Shown here piece after piece: positions 31,068 through 32,000 of a stretch of 32,000 nucleotides of DNA (the first letter of the stretch is position 1; each line of letters opens with the position of its first letter). The position numbers and the translations under genes are program-made. Source of the stretch: an archaeon (GTDB lineage Archaea > Iainarchaeota > Iainarchaeia > Iainarchaeales > 1-14-0-10-31-34); the NCBI GenBank assembly GCA_024277355.1, contig JAJRVL010000005.1, positions 60,001 to 92,000 on the forward strand. The letters are read 5' to 3'. The notes beneath the pieces were generated by a model. That model made no database searches. It saw only the letters and a list, made by a program, of their open reading frames with translations, and was not told the origin of the DNA.

Positions 31068-31728
31068 TGAAATGTTTTATGATGTTTTGCAAAGATTAGG
31101 GCGGAAAATAAAACCACCTGAATTTATCAGACAACATAATGAGTTCATTGAATTATTTAATAAAATTAAATCTAATGCGTTATTAAGTATTGAAAGAGCT
31201 TTTTTTTTGTTTCAGTTTTCAAAACAAGTTTCAACTTTGCAGGGAGAAGTAGCTGAAATAGGAGTTTACAGAGGAGGCGGAGCAAGAATTTTAGCTGAAG
31301 TTTTTAAGTCAAAGCAAATTCATTTATTTGATACTTTTGAAGGCATGCCTGAAGTAGATAAAAAAGAAGATAATACTGAATACCAAAAAAAAGGATTATA
31401 TAATGATACAAGTTTAAGTTTAGTTAAAAATTTTTTAAGTGAATTCAATAACATTAAATTCTATAAAGGCCTATTTCCTGAAACAGCTGATTCAGTAAAA
31501 AACAAAAAATTTTGTTTTGTTCATATTGACACAGACATTTATCAAAGCACTAAAGCCTGTTTAGAATTCTTTTATCCTAAAATGGTTTTAGGAGGAGTAA
31601 TAATTTGTGATGACTTTAAATCTCCTGAATGCAAAGGAGTAGAAAAAGCAGTTGAAGATTTTCTAAAAAACAAAAAAGAATTTCCAATTAATACTACTCA
31701 ATTTCAATGTGCAATAATTAAATTATAA
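31051..31728 (+). CDS. TylF/macrocin O-methyltransferase-like protein
   Basis: GEVAEIGVYRGGGARILAEVF, HLFDTFEGMPEVD, KFCFVHIDTDIYQSTKACLEFFYPKMVLGGVIICDDF. Overlaps the glycosyltransferase end by 17 nt. Confidence 0.88.
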   Translation: MKIKINEMFYDVLQRLGRKIKPPEFIRQHNEFIELFNKIKSNALLSIERAFFLFQFSKQVSTLQGEVAEIGVYRGGGARILAEVFKSKQIHLFDTFEGMPEVDKKEDNTEYQKKGLYNDTSLSLVKNFLSEFNNIKFYKGLFPETADSVKNKKFCFVHIDTDIYQSTKACLEFFYPKMVLGGVIICDDFKSPECKGVEKAVEDFLKNKKEFPINTTQFQCAIIKL

Positions 31729-31757
31729 AAAAAGAAAAAGAAGAAAATTGCTGTATA

Positions 31758-32000
31758 TTATCTTTCATAATTGTTTTCTTTTGTTTCTGCAATAACTAAT
31801 TTTTTTATCAGGCTTAAGTCATTTAAAGAGTTAGCTAAAATTTTGTTGTTTGAAATTGTATATAATACATCTTCAATAAACAAACTTCTTTTGACTTCGT
31901 TTCCTCCTGAATAATAATAGTAACCTGATTTTTTTGCTGCTTGATTGTCATCTTCATGAGTTATTGTTCCTTTTAATTCAAATCCATTTTCTAAAGACAA
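31758..32000 (-). CDS. C-terminal end of an archaeal secreted beta-propeller-domain protein; 5' part lies beyond the window
   Basis: Frame is open to the window edge; SLENGFELKGTITHE...SLFIEDVLYTISNNKILANSLNDLS resembles the terminal blade of that family. Confidence 0.72.
   Translation of the reverse strand: MSLENGFELKGTITHEDDNQAAKKSGYYYYSGGNEVKRSLFIEDVLYTISNNKILANSLNDLSLIKKLVIAETKENNYER

Overview
AT-rich archaeal chromosome segment, probably from a small-genome DPANN-like lineage (inferred from protein sequence only). Roughly the first 20 kb is a minus-strand information-processing region: RNA polymerase H, B'', B', A', A'', then eL30, a NusA-like KH protein, uS12, uS7, EF-2, EF-1alpha, uS10, archease, RtcB, a large surface protein, uL3 and a partial uL4. 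This run is interrupted by one opposite-strand basic orphan gene (7925-8662) between EF-2 and EF-1alpha. The right side is more accessory: a CTP-dependent riboflavin kinase with an N-terminal winged helix, a Lys/Glu-rich repeat protein, a lipoprotein, a tandemly duplicated two-gene membrane module, UppP, a RelE/antitoxin pair, a MATE transporter split by an in-frame TGA, a two-subunit 2-oxoacid:ferredoxin oxidoreductase, a VIT1/CCC1-like protein, a DUF211 protein, a GT4 glycosyltransferase with a TylF-like methyltransferase, and a partial beta-propeller protein. The best leads are: (1) the (long-short)-(long-short) duplicated membrane cassette, whose 56- and 58-aa partners are missing from the ORF track; (2) the in-frame TGA in the MATE gene and a perfect palindrome at its upstream end; (3) three Cys-paired repeats with invariant 96-residue Cys spacing in the surface protein; (4) the orphan gene inside the translation cluster. 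No CRISPR array, rRNA, confident tRNA or transposon was seen.
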